DNA from: an uncultured Oscillospiraceae bacterium
GTDB lineage: Bacteria > Bacillota > Clostridia > Oscillospirales > Ruminococcaceae
Direction of reading: 5' to 3'
DNA length: 58,287 bases
Assembly: GCA_949298535.1 (NCBI GenBank)
Contig: CASFXA010000036.1
Coordinates: forward strand, 1-58,287
Made by a program: the position numbers and the translations under genes. A model generated the notes under the pieces. The model had not been told where the DNA came from, did no database searches, and saw nothing but the letters and a program-made list of their open reading frames with translations. Positions within the stretch are counted from its first letter, which is position 1; each line of letters opens with the position of its first letter. Below, one piece after another: positions 26,099 to 34,776 of this stretch.

Positions 26099-27334
26099 AT
26101 GGATCGGTTTCTCTATGAGGATGCCCAACGCATCATCTCCTCCAGCCTGAAGGCGGTGGTTCCCGACGCCGCTGTCGCCAGGGCCCTGAAGGAATTTCAC
26201 CCCGGGGCAGGGCGCACCATTCTGGTCTCGGTGGGAAAGGCGGCCTGGCAGATGGCTCACGCCGCGGTGGATACCCTGGGAAAGGTGGACGGGGGCATCG
26301 TCATCACCAAATACGGCCATCTGTCAGGGGCGATCCCCGGCCTGCTCTGCCGGGAAGCCGGCCATCCTGTTCCCGATGAAAACACCTTTTCCGCCACGGA
26401 GGAGGCGCTGGCGCTGGTGAGAAATCTGACGGAGGAGGATACGGTGCTGTTTCTCCTTTCCGGCGGCGGGAGCGCCCTTTTTGAGCTGCCGCTGGTTGCT
26501 CCCCGGGAGCTTCAGGACATCACCCGGCAGCTGCTGGCCTGCGGCGCGGACATTGTGGAAACCAACACCATCCGCAAACGTCTCAGCCAGGTGAAGGGCG
26601 GGCGGTTCGCCCAGGCCTGCGCCCCCGCCCGGGTGTTCAGCGTTGTACTCAGCGATATTCTGGGGGATCCTCTGGATATGATCGCCAGCGGTCCTGCCTG
26701 GCCGGACAGCTCCACCTGTCAGCAGGCGCTGGCCATAGGGAAAAAATATCAGCTCCGCCTCACGGACCAGGCGTGGGAGCTGCTGCGGCAGGAAACGCCC
26801 AAGGCGATCCCCCATGTGACCGCCCGGGTCACCGGAAGCGTCCGGGAGCTTTGCGCCGCGGCGGCCAGGGAATGTGCCGCCCTGGGATATGAGCCGCTGC
26901 TGCTCACCGACTGCCTTTGCTGCCAGGCCCGGGAGGCAGGCAGCTTTCTGGCAGGGATCCTCCGAACCCATTATGGACAGGGGAAAAAACGCGCCTTCAT
27001 TGCCGGAGGGGAGACGGTGGTTCGTCTCACCGGCAGCGGCTTGGGCGGCAGGAACCAGGAACTGGCCCTGGGGGCGGCTCCGGGAATCGCTGGGCTGGAT
27101 GGCGCCGCGGTTTTTTCGGTGGGAAGCGACGGCACCGACGGCCCCACCGACGCAGCCGGAGGCTATGTGGACGGGGAAACTCAGAAAACCTTATCCGACA
27201 AAGGATTGGATCTTTTCACGCTGCTGGAAAACAACGACTCCTACCATGGGCTGAAGGCCGCAGGGGGATTAATTATAACCGGGCCCACCGGCACCAATGT
27301 CAACGATGTGGCTGTGGCGCTGATAAGGGGATAA
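26099..27334 (+). CDS. Glycerate kinase, MOFRL/DUF4147 type
   Basis: VGKAA, AGHPVPD, SGGGSAL, VKGG, GGET, GGRNQE, DGTDG and GPTGTNVND motifs. RBS before 26099. Confidence 0.93.
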   Translation: MDRFLYEDAQRIISSSLKAVVPDAAVARALKEFHPGAGRTILVSVGKAAWQMAHAAVDTLGKVDGGIVITKYGHLSGAIPGLLCREAGHPVPDENTFSATEEALALVRNLTEEDTVLFLLSGGGSALFELPLVAPRELQDITRQLLACGADIVETNTIRKRLSQVKGGRFAQACAPARVFSVVLSDILGDPLDMIASGPAWPDSSTCQQALAIGKKYQLRLTDQAWELLRQETPKAIPHVTARVTGSVRELCAAAARECAALGYEPLLLTDCLCCQAREAGSFLAGILRTHYGQGKKRAFIAGGETVVRLTGSGLGGRNQELALGAAPGIAGLDGAAVFSVGSDGTDGPTDAAGGYVDGETQKTLSDKGLDLFTLLENNDSYHGLKAAGGLIITGPTGTNVNDVAVALIRG

Positions 27335-27652
27335 CGCGTTTCCCGCCGGAAAGCTCCTCTCCTGACGTCCCCCGGAGCGTCCCTTGTCCCGGAGCGCGCT
27401 GGGATGTCTTGGGCTGTGGGCCCGCTTTTCCCGGGAAAAGAAAACCTCCTGCCGCCTTTTCCGTCAGGGGGATGGAGAACAGGCTTTCAGCGCCCGGTCC
27501 CAGACGTCGCGACTGGCAAAAATATCCTTCTCCCTTGAAGAAATGGGCATCGCGGTTATATAATAATACTGTTGTGATGTCAGACCATGATCGATCCCGG
27601 AAGTCGCCCCTGAAATGAGGGAGGCTCTGGGAAAAGGGAGGAATCTGCCAAA

Positions 27653-29107
27653 ATGAAGACGTTTTTAGGCATCGATTTGGGGACCTCGTCCCTGAAGACG
27701 GTTCTCATCAACGAAAAGCTGGAACTGCTGGACCAGGCTTCCCGGAACACTGACGCCATTCTTTCCCTGGAGGGCTTGGGCAGCGAACAGTCCCCGGAAT
27801 CCTGGTGGCAGTGTTTGCTGGAATGTCTGTCCCGCATGGATTGCTCCCAGGTGGCGGCGGTAGGCTTTTCCGGGCAGATGCACGGTCTGGTGGCCCTGGA
27901 TGAGTGGGGAAAACCGGTCTGCAACGCCATCCTCTGGAATGACCGCCGCTCCCAGCCCCAGGGGGAGCGAATTGCAGCCCTTCAAAGCAGCCGCTGCAAC
28001 CGGGCCGTCAGCGGCTTCCTCCTTTCCAGTCTGCTGTGGATGAAGGAGGAGCAGCCGGACCTCTTTGGCCGGATCCGAACCGTCCTGCTGCCCAAGGACT
28101 ATCTGCGTTTCCGCCTCACAGGGGAGCTGGCCACTGACCGGGGAGACGCCTCCGGCACCGGGGCCTATGATTTGGCGGCGGAATGTTGGGATCTTTCCCT
28201 GCTAAAGCGTCTGGGGCTGGATCCCGGAATCTTCCCCCCTGTGGCCGACAGCTTTGACGCCCCATGGCGCACTCTGGCGACCGGCACCACCCTCCCCACC
28301 GGCGTCCCTGTCACCTGCGGCAGCGGCGACCATGGGATGCAGCTGGTGGGCAACGGCGTGCTGACCTCCTCCGGGAGGATGAACTGCAACATCGGCACCG
28401 CCAGTCAGCTTTCCATCACCGCAGACGGCTTCAACGGGGATGTGGGGAAGCTCAACGTCTTCTGCCATCCTGTCCGCGGGCGGTATGACCTGGTAGGCGC
28501 AAGCCTCAACGGCGGCTGTGTTCTCAGCTGGGCCCAAAAGGCTCTGTTCCCCCGGCTGAGTTACCAGCAATTGGATCAGCTGGCCGCCTCCGCCCCTGTG
28601 GGAAGCGAAGGGCTGCTGGTGCTGCCTTACCTCAACGGGGAGCGAATCCCCGTCTGTTCCACCCGCCTGAAAATGTCCTTTCAGGGAATGAAACCCCATC
28701 ACGGCCTGGAGCATCTGGCCAGGGGAATCATGGAGGGGCTGGTTTACAATCTGCGGATGATTGAGCAGCTGCTGGAACCGGAAGGATCCATCTCCTCCCA
28801 GCTGGTGGCTTCAGGGGGCGGCGCAAGAAGCGGCGTTTTGCTGGAACTGCTGGCGGACATTCTCCAAAAGGAGGTTTACGTCAGCACTCTGACCGAACAG
28901 GCGGCAGTGGGCGCGGCGGTGGTGGCGGCCTGCGGCGTCGGTGTTCTCCCCCTGGAGCAGGCTCAGGCGCTGCTGACCGCAAGACTTCAGCTGCGAGCCG
29001 TTCCGGACCCGGCAAGAAGCCGGGCATATGAAGGATACTATCAGGCCTTCCGCGGCTGCTGCCTGCAACAGCTGGCGGAGCTGTCTGAGGAAGGACCGGC
29101 GAGATGA
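27653..29107 (+). CDS. FGGY family carbohydrate kinase (xylulokinase-like)
   Basis: GIDLGTSSLK, SGQMHG, ILWNDRR, PKDYLR, PYLNGER and GGGARS motifs. Confidence 0.92.
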   Translation: MKTFLGIDLGTSSLKTVLINEKLELLDQASRNTDAILSLEGLGSEQSPESWWQCLLECLSRMDCSQVAAVGFSGQMHGLVALDEWGKPVCNAILWNDRRSQPQGERIAALQSSRCNRAVSGFLLSSLLWMKEEQPDLFGRIRTVLLPKDYLRFRLTGELATDRGDASGTGAYDLAAECWDLSLLKRLGLDPGIFPPVADSFDAPWRTLATGTTLPTGVPVTCGSGDHGMQLVGNGVLTSSGRMNCNIGTASQLSITADGFNGDVGKLNVFCHPVRGRYDLVGASLNGGCVLSWAQKALFPRLSYQQLDQLAASAPVGSEGLLVLPYLNGERIPVCSTRLKMSFQGMKPHHGLEHLARGIMEGLVYNLRMIEQLLEPEGSISSQLVASGGGARSGVLLELLADILQKEVYVSTLTEQAAVGAAVVAACGVGVLPLEQAQALLTARLQLRAVPDPARSRAYEGYYQAFRGCCLQQLAELSEEGPAR

Positions 29108-29453
29108 GGGCGGATGAGCGCCAAAGAGGCCCTGCCTCAAGCTGGCCTGTGTAAAATCCGGCTCATTCTCCCCGGCTTCCGGTCCGGAGGGCGGCGTCCC
29201 AAGGATGGGATCAGCGTTTTTCCCCGGGAACGATCTGAAACCGGCAGTTGTACCAACCGGGCGTTCCCCAAAAACGGGACGCCTGTTGAGGGCCCCTGTC
29301 CCCTGAACGGGAATCTGGCCCCTGGGAAATCAGGTTCGCTCCCCCATTTTCCGCCGCAGCGGAGGCGGGGGAAGAGCGCTCAGCGGTGTTGTCCCCCATT
29401 TGACAGTCTTGTTTTGAGGTCGCTTTTTCCGCAATTGGTTTTTCCAGAAACTC

Positions 29454-29486
29454 AAGCGCCCCTGTATGCGATATACAGGGGCGCTT
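29454..29486. terminator. Perfect 14-bp hairpin between convergent genes (probable terminator)
   Basis: AAGCGCCCCTGTAT-GCGAT-ATACAGGGGCGCTT. Confidence 0.6.
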
Positions 29487-29509
29487 AAGTCTGTAAAGAA
29501 TTGTTTCAG

Positions 29510-29660
29510 GGGCCAGAGCAAATTCAAAATCAGAAAAATCAGGATATCTGCCGGATTTTCATCTCCCGACCCGCGCCCGCCAGGCGGGAAAACCGGGGGC
29601 GAAGCCGGTTTTATCAGCAACCAGCCTGGTATCCAGAGGAAAGTCCCTATCCCCTGGAGG
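29510..29660 (+). repeat. Dispersed structured intergenic repeat, copy A
   Basis: ATTCAAAATCAGAAAAATCAGG...CGACCCGCGCCC...GAAAACCGGGGG...GGTTTTATCAGCAACCAG...GTATCCAGAGGA aligns with the copies at 48.8 kb and 58.2 kb. Confidence 0.8.
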
Positions 29661-29716
29661 CGTCCGGGAGATTTGGAAAAGGGGGCATCCCGCCCAAAGC
29701 CTGGATTCGCCGGGAT

Positions 29717-30529
29717 TCAGGAACCCTCACCGCCGGGGGCCTGCTGCAACTGAGGCCTTCCCTTTTCCTCCGGCGGGCAGACTCCCTGATCCGCAGCAGG
29801 CGCACCGCTGTAGGCAATGACCCCCCGGCGCTTGTGGCTGCTGCCGCAGTGGAGCTGTTCCACCCGGCGCCGCTGGCCTTCCGGCAGCTCTTTTCCCGCC
29901 AGGAAAGCGTCCAGGGCTTCATAGGAAACCCCCAGCTCCCCTTCGTCGGTCTGCCCGTCAAAAAGGCCCGCTGAGGGAGCCTTTTCCAGCAGCCGCCGGG
30001 GGGCCTTCAGATAGCGGAGAAACTGGTAGACCTCTGTGACGGTGAGGTCGGCGATGGGATTCAAGTCACAGGCCCCGTCCCCCCACTTGGTAAAGTATCC
30101 CACATAGGCTTCGCTGCGGTTTCCGGTGCCGGCCACCAGCCGGTTTTCCGAGGCGGCCACCGCGTAGAGGGCAGCCATCCGCAGCCGGGGAGCCAGGTTG
30201 GCCAGAGCGGACTGATTGAGGGCCGCGGCCCCCGTCAAGGCCCACCGCAGCGCCTCCTTCACCGGGGTCAGGTCCACGGTGCGGGTTTCGATTCCATATT
30301 GCTTTGCCACCATGCAGGCATCCTCCGCGTCCTCCTCATAGTTGCGCCTGGAGGAACAGGGGAGAATCAGCCCCACGGTATTTTCACAGGCAGCCTTGCA
30401 AAGAATCCCCACCAGCGCGGAATCCTTTCCGCCGCTGTTGCCGTAAACAATCCCCTGACAGCCGCTTTCCTTCAACAGGGCGGCGATAAAAGCGGTTCTT
30501 CTCTCAAATTCCAGCTGGTAATCTCTCAT
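29717..30529 (-). CDS. nadE: NH3-dependent NAD+ synthetase
   Basis: SGGKDS, NLAPRLRM, GTGNRSE, GYFTKWGDG and APSAGLFDGQTDE motifs; no glutaminase domain. Confidence 0.95.
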   Translation of the reverse strand: MRDYQLEFERRTAFIAALLKESGCQGIVYGNSGGKDSALVGILCKAACENTVGLILPCSSRRNYEEDAEDACMVAKQYGIETRTVDLTPVKEALRWALTGAAALNQSALANLAPRLRMAALYAVAASENRLVAGTGNRSEAYVGYFTKWGDGACDLNPIADLTVTEVYQFLRYLKAPRRLLEKAPSAGLFDGQTDEGELGVSYEALDAFLAGKELPEGQRRRVEQLHCGSSHKRRGVIAYSGAPAADQGVCPPEEKGRPQLQQAPGGEGS

Positions 30530-31722
30530 ATCCGCCCTTCTCCCAACAACTGCGAAATCCGGCGGGCCGCTTCCCCGGTGTCCCCGGGGCTGCCGAAGGT
30601 GGAAAAGCGGAAATAGCCCTCCCCGCAGGCGCCGAAGCCCGCCCCCGGGGTGCCGATCACCTGGATTTGTTCCAGCAAAAGGTCAAAAAACTCCCAGCTG
30701 CCCATCCCATGGGGGCACCGCACCCAAAGATAGGGCGCGTTTCTGCCGCCGCAGTACCAGAGGCCCAGCTGGTCAAAGGCCGCCATCAGCATCCGGGCAT
30801 TGTTCTGATAGACCTGGATATTTTCCTTCACCTGTCTCTGTCCCTCCGGCGTAAAGACCGCCGCGCCGCCCTTTTGGATGATATAGGAGACGCCGTTTGT
30901 TTTGGTGGTGCGGTTGCGCACCCACATCTCATGGAGATTCATCCCCTGGCGGGTCAGGTTCCGCGGGATAATCGTATAACCCAGGCGGGTACCGGTAAAT
31001 CCCGCTGTTTTGGACAGGGAGCAGATTTCAATGGCGCAGTTTTCCGCCCCTTTCAGTTCAAAGATGCTGTGGGGCAGCTGCGGATCCTGAATAAAGGCTT
31101 CATAAGCGGCGTCAAAGAGGATGATGGCGCCCCGGCTGTTGGCGAAATCCACCCACTGCTGCAGCTGTTCCCTGCTGAACACCGCACCGGTGGGATTGTT
31201 GGGGGAGCAAAGGTAGATCAGGTCCCCTTCCGTCTGCCCGTCCGGCAGAGGCAGAAAACCATTCTCCTCCCCGGCGGCCAGATGAATGATTTTCCGCCCG
31301 GCCATCAGATTGGCGTCCACATAAGCGGGATAGGCCGGTTCCAGCACCAACGCGGAGGAGGAACGGTCAAAAAGATCCAACAGATCCCCCAGCTCGTCGC
31401 TGGCTCCGCTGGAAACAAACACCTCCTCCGGGGAGAGGGCAATCCCCCGGCGGCCATAATGCTCCGCGACAGCCTGGCGGAGGAAAGGCGCGCCGCACTC
31501 CGGCATATAGCCGTGGAAGCTGCTCTTTTCCCCCTGGTCCGTCACACCCTGGTGAAGGGCCTCCAGAACTGCGGAACAGAGGGGCAGCGAGACGTCTCCG
31601 ATGCCCATGCGATACAGCGCCGCCCCGGGGTGAGCTTCCAGATATGCCTGAACTTTCTGGGCGATGTGATAAAACAGGTAGGAATCCTTCAGCTGCTGAT
31701 AATGAAGATTCAGGGCGATCAC
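30526..31722 (-). CDS. dapL: LL-diaminopimelate aminotransferase
   Basis: SYLF, MGIGDV, CSPNNPTG, DAAYEAFI, SLSKTAGFTGTRLG and GFGACGEGYFR motifs. Confidence 0.95.
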   Translation of the reverse strand: MIALNLHYQQLKDSYLFYHIAQKVQAYLEAHPGAALYRMGIGDVSLPLCSAVLEALHQGVTDQGEKSSFHGYMPECGAPFLRQAVAEHYGRRGIALSPEEVFVSSGASDELGDLLDLFDRSSSALVLEPAYPAYVDANLMAGRKIIHLAAGEENGFLPLPDGQTEGDLIYLCSPNNPTGAVFSREQLQQWVDFANSRGAIILFDAAYEAFIQDPQLPHSIFELKGAENCAIEICSLSKTAGFTGTRLGYTIIPRNLTRQGMNLHEMWVRNRTTKTNGVSYIIQKGGAAVFTPEGQRQVKENIQVYQNNARMLMAAFDQLGLWYCGGRNAPYLWVRCPHGMGSWEFFDLLLEQIQVIGTPGAGFGACGEGYFRFSTFGSPGDTGEAARRISQLLGEGRI

Positions 31723-32510
31723 AACTCCACCTCCCCTTCATAGACCGTTTCCGCCGGCCCGGTCATGGTGACCATCCCATCGGACGCCACCTGAATTTCC
31801 AGGGTCCCGCCGTCCAGCTGGACGGAAATGGGGGCGTCCTTCCGGCACAGCCCTTGTGCCGCTGCCGCCGCCGCGCTGGCACAGGCCCCGGTGCCGCAGG
31901 CCATGGTGACCCCGCTGCCCCGTTCCCATACCCGCATCCGCAGCTGACAGGGGGACAGAACCTGCACAAACTCCACATTCACCCCTTCAGGGAACGCAGG
32001 GTGCCGCTCCACCTTGGGGCCCAGGGTGGTAAGAGGGGCCTCCTCCAGCCGCTCCACAAAGACGACCCCATGGGGATTGCCCACCGATACCGGGATCAGG
32101 CGCAGCTGCGTTCCCTCCACATTCAGGGACATCTCCTGTCCCACTGACGCCTCTCCCATCTCCACAGTGACCGATTTCACCTTTCCGCCCATCAAATGGA
32201 GGTGCAGATGCTTGACGCCGGAGCGGGTGCTGATTTCCAGGTGGGTGCGGTCAGTATAGCCTTTGTCATAAAGATATTTGCCCACGCAGCGGATTCCGTT
32301 GCCGCACATCTTTCCTTCGCTGCCGTCAGCATTGAAAATCCGCATCTCAAAGTCCCCTTCTTCAGAGGGAAAAATAAATATCATGCCGTCGGCTCCCACG
32401 CCGAAATGGCGGTCTGACAGCCTGGCGCAAAGTTCCCGGATCTGAGGGGGGATGGGGCCGTACACATATAAGTAGTCGTTGCCCAGGCCCTGCATTTTGG
32501 TAAAGTGCAT
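31719..32510 (-). CDS. dapF: Diaminopimelate epimerase
   Basis: FTKMQGLGNDY, NADGSEGKMCGNG, VGNPH and ERGSGVTMACGTG motifs. Confidence 0.97.
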   Translation of the reverse strand: MHFTKMQGLGNDYLYVYGPIPPQIRELCARLSDRHFGVGADGMIFIFPSEEGDFEMRIFNADGSEGKMCGNGIRCVGKYLYDKGYTDRTHLEISTRSGVKHLHLHLMGGKVKSVTVEMGEASVGQEMSLNVEGTQLRLIPVSVGNPHGVVFVERLEEAPLTTLGPKVERHPAFPEGVNVEFVQVLSPCQLRMRVWERGSGVTMACGTGACASAAAAAAQGLCRKDAPISVQLDGGTLEIQVASDGMVTMTGPAETVYEGEVEL

Positions 32511-32842
32511 CTCGTTTCCTCCTGACTTCGCTGTTTGGCCGGCGAAAAGAATTTCTCCGGGGATGATTTCCCGGTTATTTTATCATGTCCCGGGGAGAAA
32601 AGCCATCGCTCCAGGGCGGTTTCCCCGGAAAAACCGCCGCCCCTCCCCCGGAGCATTTTGGACGCGGCGTTTCCTGCCCCGGTCCCCTTCCCGCTCAAAA
32701 GGAGGGCGTCCCGCTTTTCTTCCCCTCCTTTGGAGCGGCAGAAAAAACCGCGGCAAGCACCTCCGGTCCCTGCATGGAGGGACTCCAAGGGGAAAGGCGG
32801 CGGGACCCCGGGGCAGCCGCGCTCCGCGCCCCCTTCCGGGAC

Positions 32843-34426
32843 TTATTTGCCGCTGTCCCCATAGTTGGGGAGAACCCGGGCGGAAGGGTCGTCCACATCG
32901 CAGCCCTCCCAGGCGCGGTTGGGCATCCAGAAGTCAGGGATCATTTCCCCCTGACCGGGATAGTATTTCTCAAAAATATCCCGGTACAGCAGGGATTCCT
33001 TGGTGAAGGGCCGTGCGTGGGAATATTTTCTGCATCCCGCTTCAAATTCCTCCTGGGTATACCGCCTTTGAGCGTATTCCTTCAGGTAGTCCACCATGGA
33101 GTGGCCCACCGCGTCGGAAAAAGCGGCCTTTTCCCGCCAAAGGATGTGCGGGGGCAGATACCCGCCTGTTTCAAAGGCGTGGCGGAGGAGATACTTTCCC
33201 TTTCCATACCGGTTCATCTTCAGCCAGGGATCCACCGACAGAACATACCGGACAAAATCCAGGTCCCCAAAGGGAACCCGGGCCTCCAGGGAATGGACCG
33301 AAATGCACCGGTCCGCCCGGAGAACGTCATAAGAATGGAGCTGGCGCACCCGCTTCTGGGATTCCTCCTGAAACGCCTGGGGAGAGGGGGCGAAATCGGT
33401 GTATTTATAGCCAAACAGCTCGTCGGAGATCTCGCCGGTGAGAAGCACCCGGATGTCGGTGGTTTGATGGATGGCCTTGCACAGCAGATACATCCCTATG
33501 CTGGCCCGGATGGTGGTGATGTCAAAGGTACCCAGGGCGGCGATGACCTCCTCCAGGGAGTCAATCACCTCCTCCGGGGTCATATAGACCTGGGTGTGGC
33601 GGCTGCCGATATATTCCGCTGCCTCTCTGGCATATTTCAGGTCGATGGCGTCCTGCCACATCCCAATGGCGAAGGTGCGGATGGGTACCCTTGTTTTTCT
33701 GGCGGCGATGGCGCACACCAGGGAGGAATCCAGGCCTCCGGAGAGAAGAAAGCCAACCTTGGCGTCGGATACCAGCCGCTTTTCCACCCCGGCGATGAGC
33801 TTTTCCCGGATATTCCGGCAGACTGTTTCCAGATCGTCCCGGCAATAGGAATCCGCCCTGGCGATGTCACAATAGCGATGAAATTCGCCATCCGCATAAT
33901 AGCAGCCGGGGGGAAAGGGCATGATCCGTCCCGCCAGGCCCACCAGGTTCTTGGCCTCGCTGGCGAAAAGGATGGTCCCCTTGGGGTCGTAGCCGTAATA
34001 CAGGGGGCGGATGCCGATGGGGTCCCGGGCCGCCAGATAGGAGCCTTTTTCCCCATCATAGATGATGCAGGCAAACTCCGCGTCCAGCATGGAGAACATC
34101 CCTGTCCCATACTCCCGGTAGAGGGGCAGCAGAATCTCACAGTCGCTGTCGCTGTGAAAAGTATAGCCCTTTTTCTTCAGCATTTCCCGGAGCGTTTCAA
34201 AGCCGTAAATCTCCCCGTTGCAGACCAAAAAGCTGTTTCCCAGGCGGAAGGGCTGCATCCCCGCGGGGGTCAGCCCCATGATGGCCAGCCGGTGAAACCC
34301 CAGCAGTCCCCTTCCTGTATCCACCACCCGGCTGTCGTCAGGGCCCCGGGACACCGTCCGCTTAAATCCCTTCTCAAAGCTCTCCCTGTCGGCGTTTTCG
34401 CCGCAGTAACCCATGATCGAACACAT
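32843..34426 (-). CDS. asnB: Asparagine synthase (glutamine-hydrolysing)
   Basis: N-terminal Cys (MCSI), RGPD, HRLAI, NGEIY, LSGGLDSS, GEISDELFG and EARVPF motifs. Confidence 0.97.
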   Translation of the reverse strand: MCSIMGYCGENADRESFEKGFKRTVSRGPDDSRVVDTGRGLLGFHRLAIMGLTPAGMQPFRLGNSFLVCNGEIYGFETLREMLKKKGYTFHSDSDCEILLPLYREYGTGMFSMLDAEFACIIYDGEKGSYLAARDPIGIRPLYYGYDPKGTILFASEAKNLVGLAGRIMPFPPGCYYADGEFHRYCDIARADSYCRDDLETVCRNIREKLIAGVEKRLVSDAKVGFLLSGGLDSSLVCAIAARKTRVPIRTFAIGMWQDAIDLKYAREAAEYIGSRHTQVYMTPEEVIDSLEEVIAALGTFDITTIRASIGMYLLCKAIHQTTDIRVLLTGEISDELFGYKYTDFAPSPQAFQEESQKRVRQLHSYDVLRADRCISVHSLEARVPFGDLDFVRYVLSVDPWLKMNRYGKGKYLLRHAFETGGYLPPHILWREKAAFSDAVGHSMVDYLKEYAQRRYTQEEFEAGCRKYSHARPFTKESLLYRDIFEKYYPGQGEMIPDFWMPNRAWEGCDVDDPSARVLPNYGDSGK

Positions 34427-34449
34427 GGCACCGTTTCCTCCCTTGCTCC

Positions 34450-34705
34450 GATTCCTTTTGATTCAGCATCCAAAATAGGGCGAGTGCTGACCTCGCGGTG
34501 CCACCTATTTTTCTTCTCTTCTTCCAAGCCTCTGGCAAGGCTCTGTCCTCTGACGCGGGACGGGGCGGCGCACTTACTGAGAAAAACTCCGTTCAGATTG
34601 CGGCTCGAAAAGGGTTTTTCTCCCGGACCTGCCATGGAATTTCCACCGTCTTCCACTCGCTGGGGACAGGGTGACCGGGATACTCTTCTTTTCTCAAGCG
34701 CCTTT
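34450..34705 (-). promoter_or_regulatory. T-box riboswitch, asparagine specifier, upstream of asnB
   Basis: Minus strand shows stem I with AGUA, AGCGAG and GGUGGAA boxes, and a specifier loop GAAA-AAC-C (AAC = Asn). Stem II AGUA and the T-box AAUAGGUGGCACCGCG...CUCGCCCU follow. UGGC matches the G73 discriminator of tRNA-Asn. Confidence 0.88.
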
Positions 34706-34776
34706 GTTCCCGCTTTGTCGCCGGAGCGGGGCCGGCAAAGCCGGGCGATTCCCCGGCCGCCGCTGCAAAGCGTCCG

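Noticed and set aside
27500-27560. GTCGCGACTGGC resembling the start of a ZTP (pfl) riboswitch
   Set aside because: The rest of the aptamer and the 3' pseudoknot hairpin are absent, and it lies upstream of the promoter.
32511-32842. Possible lysine riboswitch upstream of dapF-dapL
   Set aside because: Only generic GC-rich hairpins; no lysine aptamer consensus was found.
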